From NCBI GenBank assembly GCA_963704435.1, contig OY969902.1, forward strand, positions 1 to 32,000: a stretch of DNA of 32,000 nucleotides. Direction: 5' to 3'. The translations under genes and the position numbers were made by a program. The stretch's first letter is position 1. Every line of letters starts with the position of its first letter. Below the pieces are notes generated by a model. That model worked only from the letters and a program-made list of their open reading frames with translations, ran no database searches and had not been told where the DNA came from. Below, one piece after another: positions 9,277 through 18,900 of the stretch. Origin of the DNA: an uncultured archaeon. Its GTDB lineage: Archaea; Micrarchaeota; Micrarchaeia; Micrarchaeales; CABMGC01.

Positions 9277-9975
9277 CTATTGTCCCTTCAAGCGTAAATA
9301 CTGCTCGGTCTCCTTTATTCCCTGGAACGAACCGACCTCATGGAACCTCGTAGTGACCTCGAAAGCAGCCATATCTCCATTCACAGCCAGCCTCCCATAC
9401 ACGTCGCTCAGGTCGAGTGGACCATCCGGCCAGCCATCGAGCACCCTTTTCGTAAGGATGCTGATCCCGTAGTCGATGTACTCCATGTCCGTAGTGGGGT
9501 TCCTCTTGCTGTGCATTACTATCCTCCCGTCCCTCACCAGCGTGTTGTTCCTGTGCGATCCGCCGCTGTTGCGATACACAGTAAGCAGCGCCTGTTTACC
9601 CTCCGCCTCGAACCTATCCAGCATCGGCTGAAGGTCCACATCAAGGTACGAGTCGCCGTACATCACGAAGAACGCATCCGGAAGCTTTGGCGCGGCCTTC
9701 CTGAGCGCGCCACCCGTACCGAGCAGGACGTCTCCGTCGTATGAATACTGCACCCCCAGGCCCCACTCGTGTCCATCGCCCACGTACTCCTCTATCTGTT
9801 TCCCAAGATTGCCAACGCAGAGCACGATTTCCGATACGCCTTTGCCTTTGAGCAGCGTGAGCTGGTGGAAGATGAATGGCTTCCCCGCGACCTCGACCAT
9901 CGCTTTCGGAGTCTTGTCGGTCTGCGGTCCGAGGCGCGTGCCCATACCTCCAGCGAGAATCGCTACTGGAATCAT
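9277..9975 (-). CDS. hddC: Sugar-1-phosphate nucleotidyltransferase, likely D-glycero-alpha-D-manno-heptose-1-phosphate guanylyltransferase
   Basis: N-terminal ILAGGMGTRLGPQTDKTPKAMV (the LAGGxGTRL signature). The start codon overlaps the upstream kinase stop as ATGA at 9972-9975. Confidence 0.75.
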   Translation of the reverse strand: MIPVAILAGGMGTRLGPQTDKTPKAMVEVAGKPFIFHQLTLLKGKGVSEIVLCVGNLGKQIEEYVGDGHEWGLGVQYSYDGDVLLGTGGALRKAAPKLPDAFFVMYGDSYLDVDLQPMLDRFEAEGKQALLTVYRNSGGSHRNNTLVRDGRIVMHSKRNPTTDMEYIDYGISILTKRVLDGWPDGPLDLSDVYGRLAVNGDMAAFEVTTRFHEVGSFQGIKETEQYLRLKGQ

Positions 9976-10958
9976 GACTGCGTCACCACTCTGCTCCCCT
10001 CGGAGTCGAAGTTGAAGTGCAGCTCGGGCAGGCCCGCGCCCGCCATCGCGCGCCTTAGACTGACGTTGTCAATGGCATAGAACATCAGGAAACCACCCCC
10101 TCCCGCGCCTATTAGCTTGCCTCCGCGTGCGCCGTTCTTCAGTGCAATCCTATACCATTCGTCTACCTTGCCGTTGCTGATCTCCTTAGAGCGCTGCCTC
10201 TTGTGCTCCCAGTGGACGTTCATTAGCTCCGCGAACAGGTCGAGGTCTCCGGATTCGAGCGCGTCCCTGCTGTCGTAGCCTAGCTTCTTGGTGAAGTGCA
10301 GGTTGTCGATCATTGCCGTGTCCTTGCTCTTGCTCTTGTCGTCCTGGTCCTTCAGCACCGCGGATGCCGACCTCGAGAAGCCTGTGAAGAAGAGCAGAAG
10401 GTTATCCTCTAGGCTGTGGCGCGTGTCCTCGGAGAGCCTGAGCGGCCTGACATCCACGGTGTCGTCCCTGCGGAAAGTGAAGCAGTTTATCCCTCCGAAC
10501 GCCGAGACATATTGGTCCTGCTTTCCCACTGGCTCCTTGAGCACATCTATCTCTATGTGACACGCCTCCTTCGCAAGTTCAGCCGGAGTCACGGAGTCCC
10601 TTTTGTGGGAATGCAATGCCTTTAGCATGGCGCACGCGAAGCTCCCAGATGATCCCATACCCGTGCCTGCCGGCACGTCCGCGATGCTCACTATCTCAAG
10701 GTGCGGATTCGGTATGTTCACAAGATTGAGCGCTTCGCGCACTATCGGATGCTTGATCTCGCCTACGGAGGCAACGCGTTCCATCTGCGAGTATTTCACT
10801 ATGATCTCATCCCTGCTGAAGATCGGCTGCACCGCCACGTACACGTACTTGTCTATGGCCGCGGAGATCAGGAACCCCTCGTGCTCCCTGTAATAAGACG
10901 GAAGGTCCGTGCCTCCTCCCCCGAGGGGGACGCGGAGCGGGCTGCGTGCTATGATCAT
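9972..10958 (-). CDS. hddA: GHMP-family sugar kinase, likely D-glycero-alpha-D-manno-heptose-7-phosphate kinase
   Basis: RVPLGGGGTDLPSYY N-terminal block and the GHMP motif PAGTGMGSSGS. It is the first gene of the operon, with a TATA-like box 36 nt upstream. Confidence 0.75.
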   Translation of the reverse strand: MIIARSPLRVPLGGGGTDLPSYYREHEGFLISAAIDKYVYVAVQPIFSRDEIIVKYSQMERVASVGEIKHPIVREALNLVNIPNPHLEIVSIADVPAGTGMGSSGSFACAMLKALHSHKRDSVTPAELAKEACHIEIDVLKEPVGKQDQYVSAFGGINCFTFRRDDTVDVRPLRLSEDTRHSLEDNLLLFFTGFSRSASAVLKDQDDKSKSKDTAMIDNLHFTKKLGYDSRDALESGDLDLFAELMNVHWEHKRQRSKEISNGKVDEWYRIALKNGARGGKLIGAGGGGFLMFYAIDNVSLRRAMAGAGLPELHFNFDSEGSRVVTQS

Positions 10959-10993
10959 TATCTCATCTCTTAATTGCCGTTTGTCTTAGCTAC

Positions 10994-11001
10994 TATATAA
11001 A
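10994..11001 (-). promoter_or_regulatory. TATA-box candidate for the heptose operon
   Basis: The minus strand reads TTTATATA, about 36 nt upstream of ATG 10958, in an A/T-rich divergent intergenic region. Confidence 0.45.
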
Positions 11002-11115
11002 CATAATTCGAGAATTGGGACGTTTGTCCTATTTTCCGCTACTCACCAATCAATTTAGTCTCGTCCAAAGCCTTTTCCGAGCGCTTTTGTGTTGTACGGA
11101 TATATTTGCAATAGC

Positions 11116-11123
11116 TTTAAAAA
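11116..11123 (+). promoter_or_regulatory. TATA-box candidate for the methyltransferase at 11152
   Basis: TTTAAAAA about 29 nt upstream of ATG 11152. It lies downstream of the track's GTG start at 11089, which argues for the shorter ORF. Confidence 0.4.
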
Positions 11124-11151
11124 TGCGGGCAGAGAAATAAAAACGATTAGA

Positions 11152-11853
11152 ATGGAGCACATAAAAACAGGCAATTCGGCGTTAAATACGGTCCTAAACT
11201 ATATCCTGGATCCGGTTTTGTCACCAATAAAAACAAAAGAATATGCGCGCATAAAGCCCAATGAACGATACAGGGAAGAGTATAATTCAATTCTCACAGA
11301 AATAGCGCCATATAAGAAGCAGGCTTGGGAGGGGCTTTTTACTAGGCTGGATGCTTCACTAACAAATGCTGCCGCATATTATGTATACAGTCTGGTGAGG
11401 GGAGAGAAGCCAAAAATAGTGCTTGAGACGGGGATATTCTCCGGGTTCTCCAGTGCCATAATACTATCTGCATTGAACAAAAATAGGAAGGGTGAACTAT
11501 ACAGCACGGACGTATTCCAAGAAGTCGGGTTGGCAACACACCACGTAGATAAGGCCCGGTGGCACAAATGCATCGGGAAACCAGAATCCATATTCAAAGA
11601 AACGCTACGCGAAATAAACGGTCCGATCGACATCTTTCTCCACGACAGCCATCATGACTTCAAGTACATGTGGTATGAGTTAAGCGCCGCGCTTCCAAGA
11701 ATGAATCCCAACGGCTACATGCTGTGCGATGATGCGCATTGCAATGACGCTTTCTTGAAGTTCTGCAGAGTAAATGGATTCAAAGCAGAGATGATCTACA
11801 GTCCAGCCAAGCCCCTAGGCGTGATAAGGCTAGGCCTGAAGAAAGATGAATAG
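11152..11853 (+). CDS. Class I SAM-dependent methyltransferase (O-methyltransferase/CmcI-like)
   Basis: IVLETGIFSGFSSAIILSAL (motif I), LYSTDV (acidic loop), and DIFLHDSHH...YMLCDD. The start is set at ATG 11152 rather than GTG 11089 because of the TATA position. Confidence 0.65.
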   Translation: MEHIKTGNSALNTVLNYILDPVLSPIKTKEYARIKPNERYREEYNSILTEIAPYKKQAWEGLFTRLDASLTNAAAYYVYSLVRGEKPKIVLETGIFSGFSSAIILSALNKNRKGELYSTDVFQEVGLATHHVDKARWHKCIGKPESIFKETLREINGPIDIFLHDSHHDFKYMWYELSAALPRMNPNGYMLCDDAHCNDAFLKFCRVNGFKAEMIYSPAKPLGVIRLGLKKDE

Positions 11854-11875
11854 AGGTGTCAAGTCCTGGGCGGGC

Positions 11876-12520
11876 TTACTTTGTAGCGTAGAGATAGCCA
11901 ATCCCCTTGCCTGAGCTCTTGGTCCTAAATCCGCTGCGCTTAAGGATGGGCTCCACCTCGTTCAGCGTGTTGTGAACCTCGACCTGCATCGCGTATACGT
12001 CGGAGAGGTCAGGCCTTGCCCTAAAAATGGACAGCTCCGCGCCCTCCACGTCGCATTTTATGGCGATGCGCTTTCCTCTAAAGCCATCCAACAGCGACTG
12101 CAGGGTCACGGTCCTGATGCCAGATTCCGCAAGCACCGTCCTGTTGAACCCGGTGGCATAGGGATGCGACATTCTGGAGAATCCCTCGCTGCACGAGACC
12201 GCGACCTGCATGGTCTCTATCTTCTTTATCGGGCACTCGGAGACGTTCTTCTTCAGCAGCACATAGCTCGCAGGGTTCGGCTCGATTGCGATGACCTTCT
12301 TCACGTTCGGGTTCATGGCGAAGTAAACCGACGTGTCTCCTATCATGGCACCGATGTCTATCAGCACGGTGTCTTTCACGATCCTGTCGTAGAGCCACTT
12401 GTAAGCTTGCTTCATGAACACCTCATCGAGGTGCCCGTACAACTTCACCTTCTGCCTCATGGTAGTGATCCCATTCCACAGCGCGATTGGGTGCCGCACA
12501 AGGCCCAGGTCCTCTCTCAT
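11876..12520 (-). CDS. FkbM-family methyltransferase (second copy of the family)
   Basis: VLIDIGAMIGDTSVYF and IAIKCDVEGAELSIF blocks, collinear with the FkbM-like protein at 6490-7215. Confidence 0.75.
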   Translation of the reverse strand: MREDLGLVRHPIALWNGITTMRQKVKLYGHLDEVFMKQAYKWLYDRIVKDTVLIDIGAMIGDTSVYFAMNPNVKKVIAIEPNPASYVLLKKNVSECPIKKIETMQVAVSCSEGFSRMSHPYATGFNRTVLAESGIRTVTLQSLLDGFRGKRIAIKCDVEGAELSIFRARPDLSDVYAMQVEVHNTLNEVEPILKRSGFRTKSSGKGIGYLYATK

Positions 12521-12638
12521 GAAATCCTCGGATAAATCTTGGGCAGCCAGCTATTAAATATGGATGCCATGCCTCTCGGCAGTCTGCGACCGCAAACAAT
12601 AATTAGATGAACCACCAAATGGAATCAAGGTCAGTGCG

Positions 12639-13772
12639 ATGGACATACATTTTCTTGTGCGCAGCAATGTTCGGATGATAGGTTCAAGCGGCACCGAGGA
12701 CCAGACCTACTACTACGCTAAATTCTTGAAAGATCGTGGGAAGAATGTCGATATGCTAATGGCATATTCCTTTGGCACCTTCACAAAACTGAAGCCAGAC
12801 CACAATACCTACGACAGGTATGCCTCTCTGAAGGAGAGAAGGATAGGGTTCATCAAGATAAGGACCCCCATACCCCTGTTCTCGCTGGTCTATCTCCGCG
12901 GCCTGCCCGATGGCATAACTTATGTGCCCTATTCGTTCTATGACTACCTGCTCAACCTGGTCTTCAAGCGCAAGGCCCAGATCATCGTGTTCGGCGGGCA
13001 CTGCCTGGAGGTCCGCACGAAATATCCTGTAATGCGTGGAATCATAAACCTCGCAGTGCGACTTATCTTCAGGCTCAGAAGCAACGAGATCTACTTCCAT
13101 ACGATAAACCTCGCGCAGAAGAGATATCTCATGAGGCTCGGGCTTCCAGAGAAGAATATTTTCTATGTGCCTAATTTCATAGACTACAGGGATGTGCCAC
13201 TTCTTGACAGCCGTTCAAAGAAGCTCAGAGTCCTGCACATTGGAGGGGTGAGCAAGACATCGGAGTTCCTACCTCAGATTTTTGACAGGCTTATTGAGAA
13301 GGGGGAGTTCGCTAGGTTCGAATTCTGCCTTGTTGGATCTAAGCAGCCTCTTGAAGTGATAGAATATGCAAAGAAGCACAAGAACGTAAAGGTAATGGGC
13401 TATGTAAGCGAGCGAAAGAAGTACTCGCTCCTTAGGAGCGCCGACGCGCTGATAATAGCGTCACAGGAGACCTTCTCGATAGTGGCGCTAGAGGCCCTGG
13501 AGTGCGGTCCGATAGTCATATCGCGGCCCAATCCTGCAGTGGAGATCATGAAAGATCTAGGCGCGCGCCTATTCCTGCTCTCCGACGATGAGCCCGATAG
13601 CTACGTTGGCGCGCTCCATGAGGTGATGCGCCTGAAGGAAAACCCCCGGCACATGGCATCGCTCAAGTCTGTGAACAAGCACGTGTGCGAGAAGTATTTC
13701 TCCAGCGGAAACGTCCTGCCGCAGATTGCAAAGCTGTTCGACACTGTGGAAAAGAGGGCTTCTGGGCGCTAA
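12639..13772 (+). CDS. Glycosyltransferase, GT4-like, paralog of 1169-2326
   Basis: E-x7-E motif ETFSIVALE followed by ALECGPIVIS. It is collinear over its full length with the 1169-2326 product, with roughly half the residues identical by eye. One example is LPDGITYVPYSFYDYL against LPDGIIYFPYSFYDYL. Confidence 0.8.
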   Translation: MDIHFLVRSNVRMIGSSGTEDQTYYYAKFLKDRGKNVDMLMAYSFGTFTKLKPDHNTYDRYASLKERRIGFIKIRTPIPLFSLVYLRGLPDGITYVPYSFYDYLLNLVFKRKAQIIVFGGHCLEVRTKYPVMRGIINLAVRLIFRLRSNEIYFHTINLAQKRYLMRLGLPEKNIFYVPNFIDYRDVPLLDSRSKKLRVLHIGGVSKTSEFLPQIFDRLIEKGEFARFEFCLVGSKQPLEVIEYAKKHKNVKVMGYVSERKKYSLLRSADALIIASQETFSIVALEALECGPIVISRPNPAVEIMKDLGARLFLLSDDEPDSYVGALHEVMRLKENPRHMASLKSVNKHVCEKYFSSGNVLPQIAKLFDTVEKRASGR

Positions 13773-13848
13773 TGCGAGCTCGCTGCGCGGGCGTTCTGCC
13801 CACCACACAAGATAAATACGCGCTGGCGAATATTAATGGCGTGATGCT

Positions 13849-14922
13849 TTGGATTCAAGGTTCATAGGGCTGGGACTGGCTGCTCTCGAGAACAACTTCG
13901 TGAGCCTCAGCCACCCGTACAAGCTCACCTTCGCGGTGACCTACAGGTGCCAGTCGAAATGCAGCACCTGCAACATATGGCAGAAGAAGCCAGAAGGCGA
14001 GCTCTCCCTAGATGAGATACGCAAGTTCGCACAGAAGAACCCCCACTTCAGGTGGATAAGCATAACTGGCGGCGAGCCCTTCCTGAGAAGCGACATAGTG
14101 GAGATAGTCGAAGCGTTCATGAAGAGTTCCAAGGGCCTCTACATAGTGACGATACCTACCAATTCGCTGTCGAGCCTGGATCTGCTTCTGAAGAGGGTAG
14201 GGGGCATCCTCGACCTAGGAATGCCGAACCTGACGATAACGGTAAGCCTCGACGGGTACCGCGAGCTCCATGACAGGATAAGGGGAGTGCCCGGCGCGTA
14301 CGACAAGGCGATCGCTCTCGCGCGGGCGCTACACGAGATGCAGAAGGGGCGCGGCAACCTCCTATGGGCTTTCGGCTACACGATAAGCAGGCACAACGTC
14401 GGGATGCTCGAGAGGACCTACGAGGAGGTCCGCAGGGAGCTTCCGGGCCTAAGGTACGATGACTTCCACGTCAACGTCGCTCAGACGTCCGAGGTCTACT
14501 ACAACAACGTCAACCTCGAGCTTAAGGCCGAGAAGGGCGAAATCGCCAAGGAGCTTAGGTCGTTCATTAGGAAGAGGAAGGGAGGGACCGATGCGGTATC
14601 GCTCCTTGAGGGCGTCTTCCTGAAGAAGCTCGTCCAGTACGTGGAGACGGGCAAGGTGCCCATCCGGAGCAGGAGCCTCGACGCGTCGCTTTTCCTCGAC
14701 AGCCAGGGCAACGTCTTTCCCTCGATAATGTGGAACAGGAGGATAGGGAACCTAAGAGAGACGGGATACGACCTGAAACCGCTCCTGAAGAGCGCGGAAG
14801 CCAGGACCGTGAGGGAACTCATAGGCAGGGGCGAGGAGCCGAGCGCGTGGACTGCCTGCGAGGCGTACCAGTCGATAGCCGGCAACCTGCCGAGCTTCGC
14901 GAGCCTGCTTCTCCCGCCCTAG
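13849..14922 (+). CDS. Radical SAM enzyme
   Basis: CQSKCSTCNIW (the CxxxCxxC [4Fe-4S] motif) followed by ITGGEPFL. Only one further Cys is present, so no SPASM-type auxiliary cluster is evident. The start is a TTG at 13849; the alternative is GTG 13900. Confidence 0.8.
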   Translation: MDSRFIGLGLAALENNFVSLSHPYKLTFAVTYRCQSKCSTCNIWQKKPEGELSLDEIRKFAQKNPHFRWISITGGEPFLRSDIVEIVEAFMKSSKGLYIVTIPTNSLSSLDLLLKRVGGILDLGMPNLTITVSLDGYRELHDRIRGVPGAYDKAIALARALHEMQKGRGNLLWAFGYTISRHNVGMLERTYEEVRRELPGLRYDDFHVNVAQTSEVYYNNVNLELKAEKGEIAKELRSFIRKRKGGTDAVSLLEGVFLKKLVQYVETGKVPIRSRSLDASLFLDSQGNVFPSIMWNRRIGNLRETGYDLKPLLKSAEARTVRELIGRGEEPSAWTACEAYQSIAGNLPSFASLLLPP

Positions 14923-14977
14923 CGATATCACGTCCTTTATATTACTAATATACTAGTTCTAACGGAACGGCTTTACC

Positions 14978-15685
14978 ATGGAGACGTATGGCGATATAAC
15001 TGTCATCATCCCGACGATCAATGAGGAGGGTACGATAGGTCTGCTCGTCAGGCGCCTCCTCTCCATGTACCCCCAGATCAAAGTGATCGTGGTGGACGAC
15101 GGGTCCACCGATGGAACGAAGCAGAAGATAGCCACCCTCGCCTCGAAAAGCCGCGGAGTGAGCCTCTACGACAGGAAGGCGCTCGAGCTCCCTAAGGGCC
15201 TCGCTTACAGCATGATGGACGGCGTGAGGATTGCAAGGACGAAGTACGTGGTGTTCATGGACGGCGACCTCCAGCACCCGCCGAAGGTCGTGGGGTCCAT
15301 CGTGCGCAGGCTGCGCGACGGATATCCCATCTCGATAGCGGTAAGGGCCAAGACCTACAATCCGGTGCTCTATCGCGCCATAATATCGAGCGTCCTCTCG
15401 GTGATCGGCCGGTCCGTGCTCTGGGCCGAGGGCAAGGCCTCGAGCAGGGACATCTTCTCGGGTTACTTCGGCGTCGACGCCGCATATGCGAGGGGGGTTA
15501 TGAAGCGCGACCGGAAGAGGTTCGTCGGGGAGGGCTACAAGTTCCTGTTCGACCTCCTAAAGTGCGTTCCAAAGGGAGATGCGCGCATCGCGGAGGTGCC
15601 GTACCTGTTCGTGGTCAGGCGGTTCGGCTCGTCGAAGGCAGACGTAAAAGCCGTAATCGAGCTGATGAAGTCGTACCTTTCCTGA
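14978..15685 (+). CDS. GT2 glycosyltransferase, dolichyl-phosphate hexose synthase (Dpm1)-like
   Basis: ITVIIPTINEEGTI, VVDDGSTDGT, and FMDGDLQHPP (DxD plus the QHPP block typical of polyprenyl-phosphate glycosyltransferases). A TATA-like CTTTATATT lies about 35 nt upstream. Confidence 0.85.
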   Translation: METYGDITVIIPTINEEGTIGLLVRRLLSMYPQIKVIVVDDGSTDGTKQKIATLASKSRGVSLYDRKALELPKGLAYSMMDGVRIARTKYVVFMDGDLQHPPKVVGSIVRRLRDGYPISIAVRAKTYNPVLYRAIISSVLSVIGRSVLWAEGKASSRDIFSGYFGVDAAYARGVMKRDRKRFVGEGYKFLFDLLKCVPKGDARIAEVPYLFVVRRFGSSKADVKAVIELMKSYLS

Positions 15686-15928
15686 TTCGATTTCATCGCC
15701 TAAGGATACCGCCTCTATATAATGTAATATATATTGCGGTCGAATAGGCTGTAAGTGGCAATGTGGGCAAAGACTTGCGTGCAGAGGCAAAGGGCGCCAG
15801 CGGGACTCGCTCCGATACGGCGGCAGGGACCCAGATTGGCGCTCCGTCGAGAGACTTAGGCTATAGAAGAAAGCGACTACAACAATTGACGAAGTTTTTG
15901 TGCCGCGACGCAGACCAGAACAGCAACA

Positions 15929-15936
15929 TTTAAATA
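15929..15936 (+). promoter_or_regulatory. TATA-box candidate for the S-layer-like gene
   Basis: TTTAAATA, ending 43 nt upstream of ATG 15979. It resembles the box upstream of the next gene (TATTTAAA at 19217). Confidence 0.5.
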
Positions 15937-15978
15937 CCTTGCACTTGCTACTAATTCCAAACTATTGAAAGTGGTAGA

Positions 15979-18900
15979 ATGAATAGACTAAATGCAAAGA
16001 GAATAGGAGTGTTGGCTGCCAGCTTGCTTTTCGGTATGGCGGTCGCGGGACCTGTGTCCTTCAGCAATATACCTATAATAAACAGCGCAGGCCAGCCAGT
16101 GGTCCAGATAGTCGTCGGATCGCAGGCGCAGGCTAGTGACGGTGTAGTCGTCGCGAACATCGCTGCAGTCATTGGAAACCTGGCGTACACGTCAACTCCA
16201 ATAACCGCAACGGTAAGCGGAACGAGCAACGTGAAGTGCGCAGTTACCACGCCTTCGTGCACCCTGACGAACCAGCAGGTCTCCCTGGGTGAGAGCGGAG
16301 TTGTCGCACCAACCGGAACCTATGGGTTCACTGCTCTGATAGGCTCAATACTCAACGGCGCAACCATACTTAGCGCACCTGTCAGCACCAAGTCGCTGCA
16401 GTCCTTTTCCAGCAACGGATACGGATTCCCGCAGACCACTGCGATACAGACCAGCCCGTACCCAAGCCCTTACAGCACAGGAAACTACGTACCTAACCCT
16501 TCAGGAGGCGTATCAACCTCTAACGGCGGAGGCGTTCAGTTCTCCACGTTCACGTCGGGCACCGTAGATAACATCCTGCAGATCCAGCACGCGCAGCTAC
16601 CTGCGCTTCTGAGCAACTACGGGACTTATGGAGAGAGCGAGTCGCTGTGGATCACCGGATTCCCGGTCTTCGACCAGCAGAACACGGTCAACAACTTCGC
16701 CATCTTCGACATGGGCGGAGCGTACCAGGCGACGTTCAACAAGCCGGTACCCCTTTCTACGAGCAACTCTGCCGCTAACGCGCAGATAAAACTGCTTGGC
16801 CAGAACTGGGTAATAGTAGGAGGCACATACCCTTCAGGAACGTCCTACACCACGACGGGCACAGTCGCAGGCGGAACCCTGCTGCTGGCGCAGTCATTGG
16901 TCAACAAGACCACCGTGTACGTAGGCCACAACCTGACGAGCGGACCTTGGGTAGTGCAACTGACCGACTTGGGACAGACCGTCAACAACGCCAACCCTGC
17001 TTCGCTCAGCATCTACTACAAGGGAGTGCTGACGAACACCACGTCGATAGCGCCTAGCTCGAACAAGACGTTCAACGTCACGGGCAACAGGCTCATCGTC
17101 TATGTCGGATCGACCTTCGCAGGACTGTACGCATACCAGAAGTGGGCGCAATTGCAGCTCTACTCGAACATCTTCCCTCTGTCGAACGGGCAGAAGTACA
17201 ACGCCTCGGTCAACCAGGGATGGACGACAAGGCTGCTTTGGACAAACGCGACTTCATCGGGAGCGGCAAACGCGCTGCAGAGCATAATCTTCTTCAACAA
17301 CTCGATGTCCAACCCGGTACTCCCAGGAGGAAGCCTAAACTACATGACTTCGCCTGCGGCGTACAAGGTGACGTTCGTCGGGGACACGTTGGGGAGCGCA
17401 AGCTACGACCCTGTGACCTTTGCGGTGTCAAGCCAGGGCAACCAGAACTACAAGAACAATGCTGGTACCCAAGCGGCATCGAGCGACGCGACATCCTCCG
17501 TATACAGCGTAGTCAACGTAAACTCCATGTGGGGTACGGGCAATGCATTGCCTGCGACGATTCTCCAGGAGAACGTCACGTCCATAAACGAGCCGGCACA
17601 GATGCTGACCGTGACAAGTTCAATCCCGAACGCGTTCACAGTCGGTGCGGTGCAGTCAGGCACGATATCCTACGACCTTTCGCCGTACCAGCTCACAGAG
17701 GCTAACGTGGTCAACACGCTGGCTAGCGGGGCGAACATTCTTGGAACAGCGATATTAGTCACGGGAGGAGCCAGCAACCTGATATCAACGAGCGGCCAAC
17801 TGACCATAACCGTCAGCGGCTACAAGTCGGTCTCTGGGCAGTCAACGCCTACACAGGTTACCACCGTGGCACAGGTAACCAACTCCAAGTCAGGAGTCCC
17901 TACAGTGACGATGTCGAGCAACTCGATCATGGACTACGTGACCAACATAGGCCTGAGCCAGGCCATACCGGGATTGCAAGTGGTCGTGACAGAGATGGCA
18001 TCGGGCAACCCATCCAACACTGTGACCCTGGCGACTCTTGCGCCGATCACAACGCCATACGCGCTGTACACGCAGAGCTCGCAGACATACATGTCCACGG
18101 CAGTCGGAACGAGCATCCTGTACAACCAGCAGAACGGCCAGAGCTCAAACAGCTTCTCGCTCGTGCAAACGGGAACTGGCGCAGGCACAGGCTGGGGCAA
18201 CGCGAACACAATCAGCGGAGTATCGAGCAGGTACTTCACCATGAACGTGCCTGAGTACAACGTACCGTCGCAGGTGTCGTCGGTAGACCAGATAGCCATA
18301 GGCATCTGGAACAACACCATTGCGGGAGGATCGCAACTGTTCCAGCTGAACATGTCGCCGGTGGGCAACCGCAACAACGTGACTTACTACACAGGCACGG
18401 GCGGAGCGGGTACCGTAACGGGCGTGTACGCACCAACGGGCTTCAGGACTGAGCGCGGAAGCAAGGTCGCGAGCATAACTCCGACCTCCGTGACGCTGAA
18501 CCTCGCCACCAACGTGGACGGGCTGCAGTTCATAGTCGGGCCTGCGAACGTCACGGCTGCGACGACCACGAAGAAGATCGTAGGGCCTTATGGCGTCGGG
18601 CAGACCACGAACATAGCGAACGTCACAATAGCGAACGTGACGGCGACATGCGCGTTCTCGACGACGAGCTGCAGCGTAACTGGACTGGCGAACGTAACCG
18701 CAACGTCTAGCGCATCAAGCGCACTGACGCCGGTTGCTCTGAACACTGCCTCAACGCCGATCGCGGTGCTGGACTCGAACTCCAACGCAGCGTCGACCCT
18801 GGTAGTGGTTGGCAGCAAGTACGTCAACTCCGTGGCTGCGCAGATCTTCTCGCAGAACCCGAGCCTGTCGAACACGTTCGGCCCAAGCTCGGTGGTTGTG

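Noticed and set aside
7981-12535. Antisense ORFs over the heptose operon and the FkbM gene (7981-8505, 8603-8932, 9065-9472, 9340-9744, 11972-12535 and others)
   Set aside because: Each overlaps a motif-supported gene on the opposite strand.
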